Of a DNA stretch of 64,000 nt, positions 37,701 to 45,846 are shown one piece after another. Source of the stretch: Fimbriimonadia bacterium (GTDB lineage: Bacteria > Armatimonadota > Fimbriimonadia > Fimbriimonadales > JABRVX01); assembly GCA_041483895.1 (NCBI GenBank), contig JBGPGO010000001.1, positions 460,583 through 524,582 of the forward strand. The letters run 5' to 3'. The stretch's first letter is position 1; each line of letters begins with the position of its first letter. Made by a program: the position numbers and the translations under genes. Below the pieces are notes generated by a model. The model worked only from the letters and a program-made list of their open reading frames with translations, ran no database searches and was not told the origin of the DNA.

Positions 37701-37960
37701 CTCAGCTTGCTTTCCCACGGAAACGGAACCGTGATGCGCAGCGGCAGCGCCTCGCCAGGCGGGGTGTCGAACCCGAACTCCCACACGCCGTTCAGGTTGA
37801 TCCAGTCCTTGCGTTCGAAATCCGGCCGCGGATGCTCTGGTCGCGGCACTGCAACGCGGGCCCCGGTTGACTTAGATTGGTGCGTTGCGGCAAGACGGCC
37901 CGCGTCACCAGAGTTACCGGACACGGCCATCGCCGCCGAAAGAAAAAGCTGTGAAATCAT
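34775..37960 (-). CDS. secreted glycoside hydrolase family 2
   Basis: PRPEHPRP, NLNG.WEF, FGAVDY, SGIWQTVWLE, GFNMLRIHIK, NHPSI..W..FNEEWG, NEYG. Confidence 0.9.
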   Translation of the reverse strand: MISQLFLSAAMAVSGNSGDAGRLAATHQSKSTGARVAVPRPEHPRPDFERKDWINLNGVWEFGFDTPPGEALPLRITVPFPWESKLSGIQDLKKHGFARYRRQFTLPEKWKGKRVWLNFGAVDYKAEVSVNAKPVGNHEGGYSEFRFEVTDAVRYGGPNIVEVKVEDHTDPATPTGKQVGWYTPTSGIWQTVWLEATGAVAITILRAEADDHGAVTFTWTNTPIPASDRLIFEFHSMDSAFGTMGSNEGYNDHGLQTQIQDPIPWTPEHPHLYPFVLIVKSPGGEELDRVKSYFGCRSISIGPHQGSGQSYVLLNSKPIYVRGALDQSFNPDGIYTAPSDEFLKRDMELAKAAGFNMLRIHIKADEPRRLYWADKLGILLQCDIPCFYDVTDKGRPEFEDGMHDQIDRDINHPSIYAWTVFNEEWGIWTVERSGKAHRVDWVEKMFDAARSFDPSRLIQDNTGWSHLKTDMNSYHWYSRDVDGYRKWLEGIDKDQIGEGKTWNYIEGRKQRGEPWINNEYGYVSAGNGDGDWSWGVLAANNAMRAQEKLVGYTYTELTDIEWEHNGFYNYDRSPKEFGFDFWAPGMQGRDLFSEDYLVLDVPAIKREKPGALVTVPALVSNYSGALGLKLYWRLDFLDSLGQKRRGPTQMEALGDCPRYRVTPVKQIELTMPDRNCIATLIAWLEDAGGNRVHINYTQWLVRDGETSPRVERLDPRTVALRFRPEDFASSKFSELSMPESPIKSKQYGRGAGTLEYHLKLPAGLPKEQVESIELRCEVAAKAGRQKVDWPSRVNPEDYPQTDGRKFPTSIDVSLNGAATRWELPDDPANARGVLSHWAGVERGSFGYLKTISAEGAPASDQITIRMTSNEGGLAIYGEDMGCYPMDPTIILHLKNDVPDIRSDEPITVDRYLDRLKPVLPTARESGTTWRYTTEAPPSDWTLGGFDDSGWKEGLSGFGTEGTPGATVRTVWDGPQIWLRKTVTISKSELMLLRVHHDEDCEIYVNGKLLWKEGGYTTDYRTIHLTPAQIALFYDGTNTIGVHCRQTAGGQYIDVGLLGLYP

Positions 37961-37972
37961 AAGACCTCCCGA

Positions 37973-38965
37973 TCATTGCGCCTCGACGCGCTTGGCCGCA
38001 CGCCGAGCCCCCATTCGACGAACCAGCTCGTCGGCAATCACCCCCAAAAGTATGACCGCACCGATCACGGCGTATTCCAGCTGCGTCGCGATCCCCAGCA
38101 CGTTGATCGCGTTGTAGAGCACTCGGATGATGGCCGTCCCGATCACCATTCCCAGTATGGTCCCTTCCCCGCCGCGCAAGCTGCAGCCACCCAGCACCGC
38201 CGCAGCAATCGCGTACAGCTCATAGAACTCCCCGTGCCCGGAAGGCTGCACCGAATTGATGTCCAGGGCGAACAAAATGCCGCCAAAGCCCGCCAACGTC
38301 GCGGAGATCACATAGGTCGCGATGATGATCGCCTGCGTATTGACCCCGCTGATCCGAGTCGCCTCCTCGTTCCTGCCGAGAGCAAGGAGATGCCTTCCAT
38401 ACACGGATCGATTGAGAAAGATGCCCGCGATAATCGCCAGAATGATGAGCAGAATGAATGGCCACGGGATCGCAATCGGACCGATGCCGGGAATCGGGAT
38501 CGAAATCGGCGATTCGCTGGCCAGGTTGCGAAGCCAGAGATGCTTACTGCCGAAGCCCTGTGTCGCGTCCCCGGTTACATAACGGCTGACTCCGCGCAGG
38601 ATCAATAGTCCGCACAGCGTTACGATGAAGGGCTGCAATCGGAGTTTCGTAATGAGCAGCCCCTGAGCAAAGCCGATCCCGACCGACAGTCCGATCGCCA
38701 GCAGGAACGCGATTCCAGGCGACATTCCAGTCGCCCCGACCCACATCGCCATCGTAGTCCCCGCGATCCCGACCACGGAGCCGATAGACAGATCGATGCC
38801 ACCTGTTATAATTACTAGTCCCGCGCCGATGCTCAAGATCCCGAAAAGCCCAGTCCATCGAAGAATGTTCTGCAGATTGTAGGCAAGAAGAAACTGCGGA
38901 TTGATAACCGACGAAAACACGATGACCGCGATGAGCAGCACCAATATGCCGCGAACCCGGTTCAA
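37973..38965 (-). CDS. monosaccharide ABC transporter permease (RbsC-like)
   Basis: GGIDLSIGS, QPFIVTL, GRNEEATRISG, ELYAIAAAVLGG. Confidence 0.92.
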   Translation of the reverse strand: MNRVRGILVLLIAVIVFSSVINPQFLLAYNLQNILRWTGLFGILSIGAGLVIITGGIDLSIGSVVGIAGTTMAMWVGATGMSPGIAFLLAIGLSVGIGFAQGLLITKLRLQPFIVTLCGLLILRGVSRYVTGDATQGFGSKHLWLRNLASESPISIPIPGIGPIAIPWPFILLIILAIIAGIFLNRSVYGRHLLALGRNEEATRISGVNTQAIIIATYVISATLAGFGGILFALDINSVQPSGHGEFYELYAIAAAVLGGCSLRGGEGTILGMVIGTAIIRVLYNAINVLGIATQLEYAVIGAVILLGVIADELVRRMGARRAAKRVEAQ

Positions 38966-40455
38966 GCCGCCTCCTTGCCTGTCGCAAGGAACATCACCGC
39001 TTCCTCCGTCGCTTCCGCCCGCGACAGCTCCCCGGCCAGGCCCCGGTTCCACATCACCAAAATCCGGTCCGACATTCCAAGAATCTCCTGCATCTCGCTG
39101 GAGATCATGAGCGTGGCCACACCCTGGTCCGCGAGCTGTTCGATCAGCCGATAGATCTCCTGCTTCGCCCCCACATCCACGCCGCGCGTCGGCTCATCCA
39201 GCAGCAGCACCTTGGGCGAGAGCGAGAGCCACTTCGCCAATACCACCTTCTGCTGGTTGCCGCCGGAAAGGTATTGAACCTGTTGGTCCAGGGAGGGGGT
39301 CCGAATGCCGTACTTCTCAACAATCCCTTTGCAGCTCTCGCGCTCCTTCTTGCGGTCGATCAAAAGCGCCGTCTCATAGTGGTCGAGCCCGGCCATCGTC
39401 AGGTTTTCCCGCACCGCCATCTCCAGGATCAGCCCTTGCAGCTTCCGATCCTCGGGCACCAGGGCAATTCCGCTTCGGATGGCATCCTTCGGCGAACGAA
39501 CCTGCACCGGTTTGCCATCGATCCGTATCTCTCCGCACCGAACGGGATCGACGCCGAACAGTCCCCGCACCAGTTCCGTCCGGCCGGCCCCCACCAACCC
39601 GGCGAGTCCAACGATCTCACCGGCGCGGACGGCGAAGCTGACCGGCCGTCCGCCGGCGACCTCAAAGTCCCGGACTTCCAACATCGGCTTTTCCCCTTCG
39701 TGGACCCGCGCGGGAAATATCTCACCGAGTTCGCGGCCGACCATCAGTTTGACCATCGCGCCATGAGTGATTCCCTCTTTGGGCAGCTCACCGGCGTTCT
39801 TGCCATCCCGCAGCGCCACGACCCGGTCCGCAACGCGGCTCACCTCGCCCAGACGATGGGATATATAAATCACGCTCACTCCATGCTGCTTCAGGTCGGC
39901 TATCAGTTCATAGAGCCGGTCCGTTTCATGTTGCGAGAGGCTGCTGCTCGGCTCGTCCATGATCAGTATCCGGGCGTCAGAGCGCAGCGCCTTCGCGATC
40001 TCCACCATCTGCTTTTCGCCGGGCGATAGGCTCTCCACAACCATTTTTGGGGATCGATCCAGTCCGATGCGCTTGAGCAGCTCCTCGGTTTCGACATTCA
40101 TGCTCTGGCGATTGAGGAGCACTCCCATCTGCCGGGCCTCATGACCAAGGAAGATGTTCGCGGCGATGTCAAGGTTCTCGGCGAGGTTCAGCTCCTGGTG
40201 GATCAGTGCGATACCCTTTTCGGCCGCCGTTCTAACCGAATCTATTTGGACTGCGGCCCCATCGAGGAGGATTGTGCCGCTGTCCGGCTGCTGCTCCCCG
40301 GCGAGGATTTTCATCAGCGTGCTCTTGCCTGCGCCATTCTCGCCGATGACCGCAAGGGTTTCGCCCGGTGATAAGGTCAGCGAGACCTTATCGAGCGCCT
40401 TGACCCCGGGAAAGTTCTTGGAGATATCGATGACTTGTAGGATTGAATTCGTCAA
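38962..40455 (-). CDS. monosaccharide ABC transporter ATP-binding protein (RbsA-like, two NBDs)
   Basis: GENGAGKST, MDEPSS, LSGGNQQKV, LLDEPTRG. Confidence 0.93.
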   Translation of the reverse strand: MTNSILQVIDISKNFPGVKALDKVSLTLSPGETLAVIGENGAGKSTLMKILAGEQQPDSGTILLDGAAVQIDSVRTAAEKGIALIHQELNLAENLDIAANIFLGHEARQMGVLLNRQSMNVETEELLKRIGLDRSPKMVVESLSPGEKQMVEIAKALRSDARILIMDEPSSSLSQHETDRLYELIADLKQHGVSVIYISHRLGEVSRVADRVVALRDGKNAGELPKEGITHGAMVKLMVGRELGEIFPARVHEGEKPMLEVRDFEVAGGRPVSFAVRAGEIVGLAGLVGAGRTELVRGLFGVDPVRCGEIRIDGKPVQVRSPKDAIRSGIALVPEDRKLQGLILEMAVRENLTMAGLDHYETALLIDRKKERESCKGIVEKYGIRTPSLDQQVQYLSGGNQQKVVLAKWLSLSPKVLLLDEPTRGVDVGAKQEIYRLIEQLADQGVATLMISSEMQEILGMSDRILVMWNRGLAGELSRAEATEEAVMFLATGKEAA

Positions 40456-40518
40456 CTTCCATTTCCGGTTCCACTTGCCGCCGCTCGATTCCTGCGATGC
40501 CATCGGCCACAATGGGCC

Positions 40519-41721
40519 GTGGACCCACTGCTCCGCTGGTACGAGAAATCGCATAGACAGCTGCCTTGGCGTGGCCAGGTCACGGCCTACGAGGTGCTGG
40601 TTTCCGAGTTCATGCTGCAACAGACCCGCGTGACCGCCGCACTTCCCTTTTACGAGCGGTTCCTGGCCCGCTTTCCCACCATTGAGGCGCTCGCCGCTGC
40701 CGAAGAATCGGAAGTGCTTGCGGTCTGGCAGGGGCTCGGGTACTACGCTAGAGCGCGCAATCTGTTGGCGTCCGCCAGAATCATTGCGCGCGATGGGCTC
40801 CCGACCGCCGTGGAAGGCTTCCGTGCTTTGCCCGGCGTTGGGGACTATTCGGCTGCCGCACTGGGAGGCCGTCTTCTTGGGCTGCCGACGCCCTCCATCG
40901 ACGGCAACGTGGAACGGGTCGTCGCGCGGCTGTTCGGACTCGAAGGCCTTCCAGCTAAGAATCCAACGCGATCCGAAATCCGGCGATTGGCGACCGAGAG
41001 GATCGACCGCAAGCGACCCGGAGATTGGAACCAGGCGATGATGGAGCTTGGCGCAACGGTCTGCCTGCCGGGCGAGCCGCGATGTTCCGTATGTCCGCTC
41101 GCCGGCGGCTGCCGGGCGTTGGCGATGAGGGCGACCGATCGCATCCCCGCTAGGGAACCTAGCAAGAAACCCGTGCGCCAGGATCACGTGTGCGCCGTGG
41201 TCTCATGCAATGGATCGATGTTGTTGCGGCAGATTCCGCCCGGCGGTTGGTGGGCTGGGCTGTGGGAGTTTCCCCGTGTTGTCCGCGAGGCAAAGGAGGG
41301 TGTCCTCTCGGCGGCGGGACGGGCGGCGGGCGTTTCGCTGAACGGCCACCACAAAGCGCTGTCCGTCGTTAGGCACAGCGTCACGCACTATGTCATCAGC
41401 CTGCATCCGGTGTTGTTAATGCTGGAAGACCCCCACCCCAACCCTCCCCCGCAAGCGGGGGAGGGGGTTTTCGGCGGCGCGAGAGATGCGACCGGTCTCC
41501 TGACCGAGTCGCAAGTCTGCAGAATCCGCCCCCACCCCAACCCTCCCCCGCAAGCGGGGGAGGGGGTTAACAGAAGACCGCAAGCGGAGGAGGGGGTTAA
41601 ATGGGTTGCAGTCGAAGAGCTCGAAGACATCGCGATGCCCGCGCCTCAGAGAAAGGTCGCCGAGGAGGCCATCAGGGTTCTCGCCAGTACAGCCCCTCGG
41701 AAATCGCGGAAATCGCCTTGA
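40519..41721 (+). CDS. mutY: A/G-specific adenine glycosylase with in-frame repeat insertion
   Basis: LPWR, SEFMLQQT, WQGLGYYARARNL, DGNVERV, Fe-S motif C..PRCSVCPL...C, NUDIX-like GLWEFP. Confidence 0.92.
   Translation: MDPLLRWYEKSHRQLPWRGQVTAYEVLVSEFMLQQTRVTAALPFYERFLARFPTIEALAAAEESEVLAVWQGLGYYARARNLLASARIIARDGLPTAVEGFRALPGVGDYSAAALGGRLLGLPTPSIDGNVERVVARLFGLEGLPAKNPTRSEIRRLATERIDRKRPGDWNQAMMELGATVCLPGEPRCSVCPLAGGCRALAMRATDRIPAREPSKKPVRQDHVCAVVSCNGSMLLRQIPPGGWWAGLWEFPRVVREAKEGVLSAAGRAAGVSLNGHHKALSVVRHSVTHYVISLHPVLLMLEDPHPNPPPQAGEGVFGGARDATGLLTESQVCRIRPHPNPPPQAGEGVNRRPQAEEGVKWVAVEELEDIAMPAPQRKVAEEAIRVLASTAPRKSRKSP
41430..41599. repeat. REP mosaic inside mutY
   Basis: 2 x ccccaccccaaccctcccccgcaagcgggggagggg flanking gatgcgaccggtctcctgaccgagtcgc; intergenic copies at 63860 and 62940. 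Confidence 0.9.
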
Positions 41722-42421
41722 CGGTCGCCGCGACGGCAGCATCAAACAGCCGCTTGCCCTTTTCGGCGCTCGCATGCGAGGGGTAGCCCCGGCCGCCGTG
41801 CTCGGTTCGCGTGGCAAAGTCGGTCACGATGTCCAGGCCGGGGATGGAGACGCTGGGCTCCAAGAAGTCATCGTCGATGGAATCCTTCCGGACCAGTTCG
41901 GGCGCTAGGTGCAGCATCAGCGACGTCTCGATCTCGCACGCGTGGCCCACAGCCTTCTCTGGCCCGGTCGCGATCGCCGCGAACTCCGGCTCCGCCAATC
42001 GCCAATAGGATGCGGTGCAGAGCATAAGATCCGGCTGCTCGGAATTCATCTCTCGAAGCGCCATCGAAATCGGATCGACGTTTCCTCCGTGTCCGTTCAA
42101 TACCAAAAACCGTTCAAAACGGTGGCGGGAGAGCGAATCGATGATCGCGATGACGTTGGAAGCGTGCAGGTCCGCCGATGCGCTCACGGTCCCGGCAAAT
42201 GCCAAGTGGTGGTGCGATGCCCCGAGCCAGAGCGTAGGCAGCAACAGACATGCGGACGCGCACCGCTCTTCCGCGGCGCCGGCGACGCTGGTGACCAACA
42301 GCGTGTCGGTCTGCACGGGCAAATGAGTGGAGTGCTGCTCGATCGCGCCGCAGGGCAACAACACGACAACGCCGCGATCCAAGGCATCGATCTCTGGACT
42401 CGTCATCTCGATGATCTTCAT
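41672..42421 (-). CDS. creatininase/creatinine amidohydrolase family protein
   Basis: GAIEQH..HLP..TD, LGASHHH..F.GT, NGHGGN, HACEIETS. Confidence 0.9.
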   Translation of the reverse strand: MKIIEMTSPEIDALDRGVVVLLPCGAIEQHSTHLPVQTDTLLVTSVAGAAEERCASACLLLPTLWLGASHHHLAFAGTVSASADLHASNVIAIIDSLSRHRFERFLVLNGHGGNVDPISMALREMNSEQPDLMLCTASYWRLAEPEFAAIATGPEKAVGHACEIETSLMLHLAPELVRKDSIDDDFLEPSVSIPGLDIVTDFATRTEHGGRGYPSHASAEKGKRLFDAAVAATVKAISAISEGLYWREP

Positions 42422-42591
42422 GTCCAAAGAATTTCTAAACATTTTTCAAAGAACCCTGCAAAATATTAGCGTCCCCGGTTGCAAACACCAAGAAAACAAG
42501 CGAATCCGGTAGTTCTGATCGCCGCATCGCCGGTGGTTTGCCGACGTTAGGCTCTTTCCGGTTTGCGATAATTCCGCTGATTGACAAGGCA

Positions 42592-42600
42592 TGATAGAAT
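42592..42600 (+). promoter_or_regulatory. extended -10 promoter candidate upstream of dnaA
   Basis: TGATAGAAT in AT-rich intergenic region. Confidence 0.4.
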
Positions 42601-42752
42601 AGAGGCCACCGACAAGAATTCCCGCTGTTGATTGGTCCCCGACAGAAGTTCTTGATAAGAAAGACGCCGTTTAACGGTGCTTTGCTCATTTGCATTTGTG
42701 AAATTTGCCTTATAGATTTCAGCCAGTATTATTATTTGTGGGAGGACTTACG

Positions 42753-44141
42753 ATTATAGACCATCAGATGACGTTGGGTGAATCAGAGACAAACCTGCGA
42801 CTGCGAGGCGCATGGGATGAAGCAGTGCGAAGAATGCGCGAAGCGATCAGCGAACAGACCTACGAACATTGGATCCGACCGCTAAATCTCCTTCGCATGG
42901 AAGGAGGCAATGCCGTCGTTTCCGCGCCAGGAGAGTTCGGCGGCCAATGGGTCACCAAGAAATTTGCGAAACAGCTCGCCGTATATCTGTCCGAAGAATA
43001 CGGTGCGTCGCTGACGCTTCGGATCGTGGTCGATCCGGACATCAAACCCAAGAGCGCCGCGTCGCCCAAAGAGGAACGCACAGTTAAAGTGAACCCGCGC
43101 CAGCCGTTTCCAAGGCCGGAGTTCCAACCGCGATTTACCTTCGACCGCTTTGTCCAAGGTCCCAGCAATCGGCTGGCCCTGGCAGGCGCGCGGGCAGTCG
43201 GTGAGGCGCCGGGCAAGAAATACAATCCGCTCTTCATCTACGGCGGTCCGGGGCTTGGCAAGACCCACCTGATGCATGCCATCGGTCACGATATCAGTGG
43301 ACGCGCGCCCGACACGCGCGTCGCCTACCTCACCGGACAGGTGTTTGCCGAGGAGTTTGTTCGGGCGATCAAATCCGGTCGAATCGAGGAGTTTCGGCGT
43401 TTCCAGCGCAGCGTGGACGTCTGGCTCGTGGACGACGTGCAGTTCATCGCGGGCAAAGATCGGACCCAGGAAGAGCTGTTCCACACGTTCAACAGCCTCT
43501 ATGAAACGGGGCGCCAGATCGTGATCTGTAGCGACCGTCCCCCGCGTGAGCTGTACCTGATGGAGGAGCGCCTCTGCTCCCGATTCGAATGCGGCCTGGT
43601 CGCGGATGTCGGCCCGCCGGACTTCGAGACGCGCGCGGCGATCCTGATCAAGAAGGCCGAGGACGACGGGATTACGCTGCCGATCGACGTGGTCTACCTT
43701 ATGGCGGACCGCATCCAGTCCAATATCCGCACTCTCGAAGGCAGCCTTTGCCGTCTGATTGCGGAATGCTCGCTTAATGGCGCAAGTCCAACGGTCGAAT
43801 CGGCGGAACGCATCCTGAAGCGGTTCTTTATCGATGTGAATGCCGAGAAGCCGACACCGGAGAAGCTGATCGAGGCCGCCGCCCTGCAATACGGCGTTAC
43901 GGCGGAGGAGCTGCTCGGCAATGGCCGTAGGGCGCCCGTCTCGCAAGCACGGCAGGCGGCGGTCTATCTTTGCCGAGAGATTTGGCAGACGCCGTGGAAG
44001 CAGCTTGGGTCGATATTCAACAAAGACCATACGTCGGCCATCTATGCGCACCGTTCGGTGGGGGAGACTCTCGTTCGCGACCCGAAGTTCCAGACGGTTC
44101 TCGACCAGATTGTCAACGCCGCCCAGAGCCGCCGGACCTGA
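42753..44141 (+). CDS. dnaA: chromosomal replication initiator DnaA (start ATT 42753 or ATG 42768)
   Basis: FTFDRFV.G.SN, YNPLFIYGGPGLGKTHL, DDVQF, QEELFHTFN, NIRTLEG, DHTS. Confidence 0.93.
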   Translation: MIDHQMTLGESETNLRLRGAWDEAVRRMREAISEQTYEHWIRPLNLLRMEGGNAVVSAPGEFGGQWVTKKFAKQLAVYLSEEYGASLTLRIVVDPDIKPKSAASPKEERTVKVNPRQPFPRPEFQPRFTFDRFVQGPSNRLALAGARAVGEAPGKKYNPLFIYGGPGLGKTHLMHAIGHDISGRAPDTRVAYLTGQVFAEEFVRAIKSGRIEEFRRFQRSVDVWLVDDVQFIAGKDRTQEELFHTFNSLYETGRQIVICSDRPPRELYLMEERLCSRFECGLVADVGPPDFETRAAILIKKAEDDGITLPIDVVYLMADRIQSNIRTLEGSLCRLIAECSLNGASPTVESAERILKRFFIDVNAEKPTPEKLIEAAALQYGVTAEELLGNGRRAPVSQARQAAVYLCREIWQTPWKQLGSIFNKDHTSAIYAHRSVGETLVRDPKFQTVLDQIVNAAQSRRT

Positions 44142-44174
44142 TCCCCTTGCCCGTGTGTGATAAACTCGCCACAC

Positions 44175-45257
44175 ATGAAAGAGGACATCGAGGGTTTACG
44201 GAAAGAGATTGACCGGCTGGACTCCGTGCTGCTGGAGCTTCTTAGCGAGCGGGCGGAGGTCGCGAGGCAGATCGGCGAAAAGAAGGGAAAGAACTTACGG
44301 CCGTTCTTTACCCCGGAGCGCGAGCAGGCAATCTACAAGCGGCTGCAGCGGGACAATCCCGGCCCGTTGCTGAAATCCCAGGTCCGGGCCATCTTCCGCG
44401 AGATCATCAGCGCCGCCCGGTCGCTGGAAAAGCCGATGATCGCTTCCTATTGGGGCCCGCCGGGGACATTCACGCACATGGCATCGATTGAGCGGTTCGG
44501 CAGCAGCACCGAGCTGATGGAGAAGGAGAGCATCTCCGAGGTGTTCGAGGCTGTGGAGCACGCGAAGGCCGATTACGGCGTGGTGCCCATCGAAAACTCG
44601 ATTGCGGGTGTGGTCCCGGAGACCCTGGATATGTTCCCGCAGACCAATGTCAAGATTTGCGCCGAGGTCTTTGTGATCATCGCTCACCATCTCTGCTCCG
44701 TGGAATCGAATCTGGACAAGATCAAGAGGGTGTATGCGGGACCCCAGCCGGCGGCGCAGTGCCGGCGCTGGCTGAAAATGAACGTTCCGACCGCGGAAAT
44801 TGTCCAGGCGGTGCCCACGGCCAAAGCGCTGCAAATGGCGATGGAGGATAAAACCGGCGCCGCCATCGGCAACTATCTGGGCGCGGAGATGGTCGGAATT
44901 CCGATCATTTTTGAGAATATCCAAGACAACGCTAACAATCGCACGCGGTTCCTGGTGATCGGATATAACGAGCCGCAGCCCACCGGACGGGACAAGACCT
45001 CCATCGTATTCAACCTTCGCAACCGGCCGGGCGAGCTGTACCGGGCGCTGGGGGCATTTGACCGCCACGGGGTGAATATCTCGATGATCGAGAGCCGCCC
45101 TTCTCAGCGCGGCACCTTCGAATATCTGTTCTATATCGACGCCGTGGGGCATCAGAAGGACACCAACATCACGCGGGCGATGGAGACGCTGGAGAGCTAC
45201 GTCTTGGACCACTCGATCCTCGGGAGCTACCCCGAGGCCGATGTGCCGGAGAAATGA
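44175..45257 (+). CDS. pheA: chorismate mutase / prephenate dehydratase
   Basis: LRKEIDRLD, GPPGTFT, VPIENS, NRTRFLVIG, IESRPS ACT domain. Confidence 0.95.
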   Translation: MKEDIEGLRKEIDRLDSVLLELLSERAEVARQIGEKKGKNLRPFFTPEREQAIYKRLQRDNPGPLLKSQVRAIFREIISAARSLEKPMIASYWGPPGTFTHMASIERFGSSTELMEKESISEVFEAVEHAKADYGVVPIENSIAGVVPETLDMFPQTNVKICAEVFVIIAHHLCSVESNLDKIKRVYAGPQPAAQCRRWLKMNVPTAEIVQAVPTAKALQMAMEDKTGAAIGNYLGAEMVGIPIIFENIQDNANNRTRFLVIGYNEPQPTGRDKTSIVFNLRNRPGELYRALGAFDRHGVNISMIESRPSQRGTFEYLFYIDAVGHQKDTNITRAMETLESYVLDHSILGSYPEADVPEK

Positions 45258-45292
45258 TCAGTCCGGCTTCGGTGTGACGCAGGTCGCGCATG

Positions 45293-45339
45293 CATATAGT
45301 TCATATAGGTCGTATAGGTCCTATGCGTCCTATACGTCC
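45293..45339. repeat. five tandem 9-mers (cctataggt-like)
   Basis: catatagtt catataggt cgtataggt cctatgcgt cctatacgt. Confidence 0.75.
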
Positions 45340-45426
45340 GATACTGGCCCGTGCTTGCGTGGGTCCTTGGCGACTGCCGGGGGAAATGCAACGAGAGGCC
45401 AGCCTCGGTCGTACAATGATACTGCC

Positions 45427-45765
45427 ATGGGAAATGTTTTCTTGACCTTCGTGTTTTTGCTCTCCGGCGTCGTGGAGATGGCGATTGCCATGCCGATGAT
45501 TCGCGGCAAGATACGGCGCAATGCGCTCTATGGGTTCCGGACGCCGAAGACCCTTGCGTCCGATGCCATCTGGTATCCGGCCAATGCGTATGCGGGACGG
45601 GCCATGTTCGCGGCGGGCTTCGTGTTAGCGGCCGGTTGCGCCCTGCTCCTGCCATTCGCCGCGTTTCTGGCAAAGGACACGGTGGTGTTCGTGGGTCTGG
45701 CGTTGACGTTCGTTCCGATGATACTTGTGCTGGTAAAGAGCTTTCAGTTCATCCGCAGGCTCTAG
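45427..45765 (+). CDS. SdpI/YhfL family membrane protein
   Basis: RNALYGFRTPKTLASD.IW..AN..AG motif with 3 TM. Confidence 0.85.
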   Translation: MGNVFLTFVFLLSGVVEMAIAMPMIRGKIRRNALYGFRTPKTLASDAIWYPANAYAGRAMFAAGFVLAAGCALLLPFAAFLAKDTVVFVGLALTFVPMILVLVKSFQFIRRL

Positions 45766-45769
45766 TGGC

Positions 45770-45828
45770 GTGTCGGGGTCTATGGTGGCTGTCGGGCCGA
45801 GGATATTACCGGACGTGAACCCCGACAC
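45770..45828. repeat. 59-bp GTGTCGGGGT..ACCCCGACAC element
   Basis: Terminal inverted repeats; other copies 59550-59608, 63040-63098, 63796-63853. Confidence 0.85.
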
Positions 45829-45846
45829 ATCTCCGAGGTGGTTCCT

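Noticed and set aside
42882..44174. Long antisense/alternate-frame ORFs (also 2626-3534, 13845-14786, 17920-18840, 24328-25236, 44295-45212, 53341-54288)
   Set aside because: Shadows of well-supported genes in high-GC DNA, with no motifs of their own.
45770..45828. 59-bp elements as integron attC sites
   Set aside because: No RYYYAAC/GTTRRRY ends, mixed orientation, no intI in the window.
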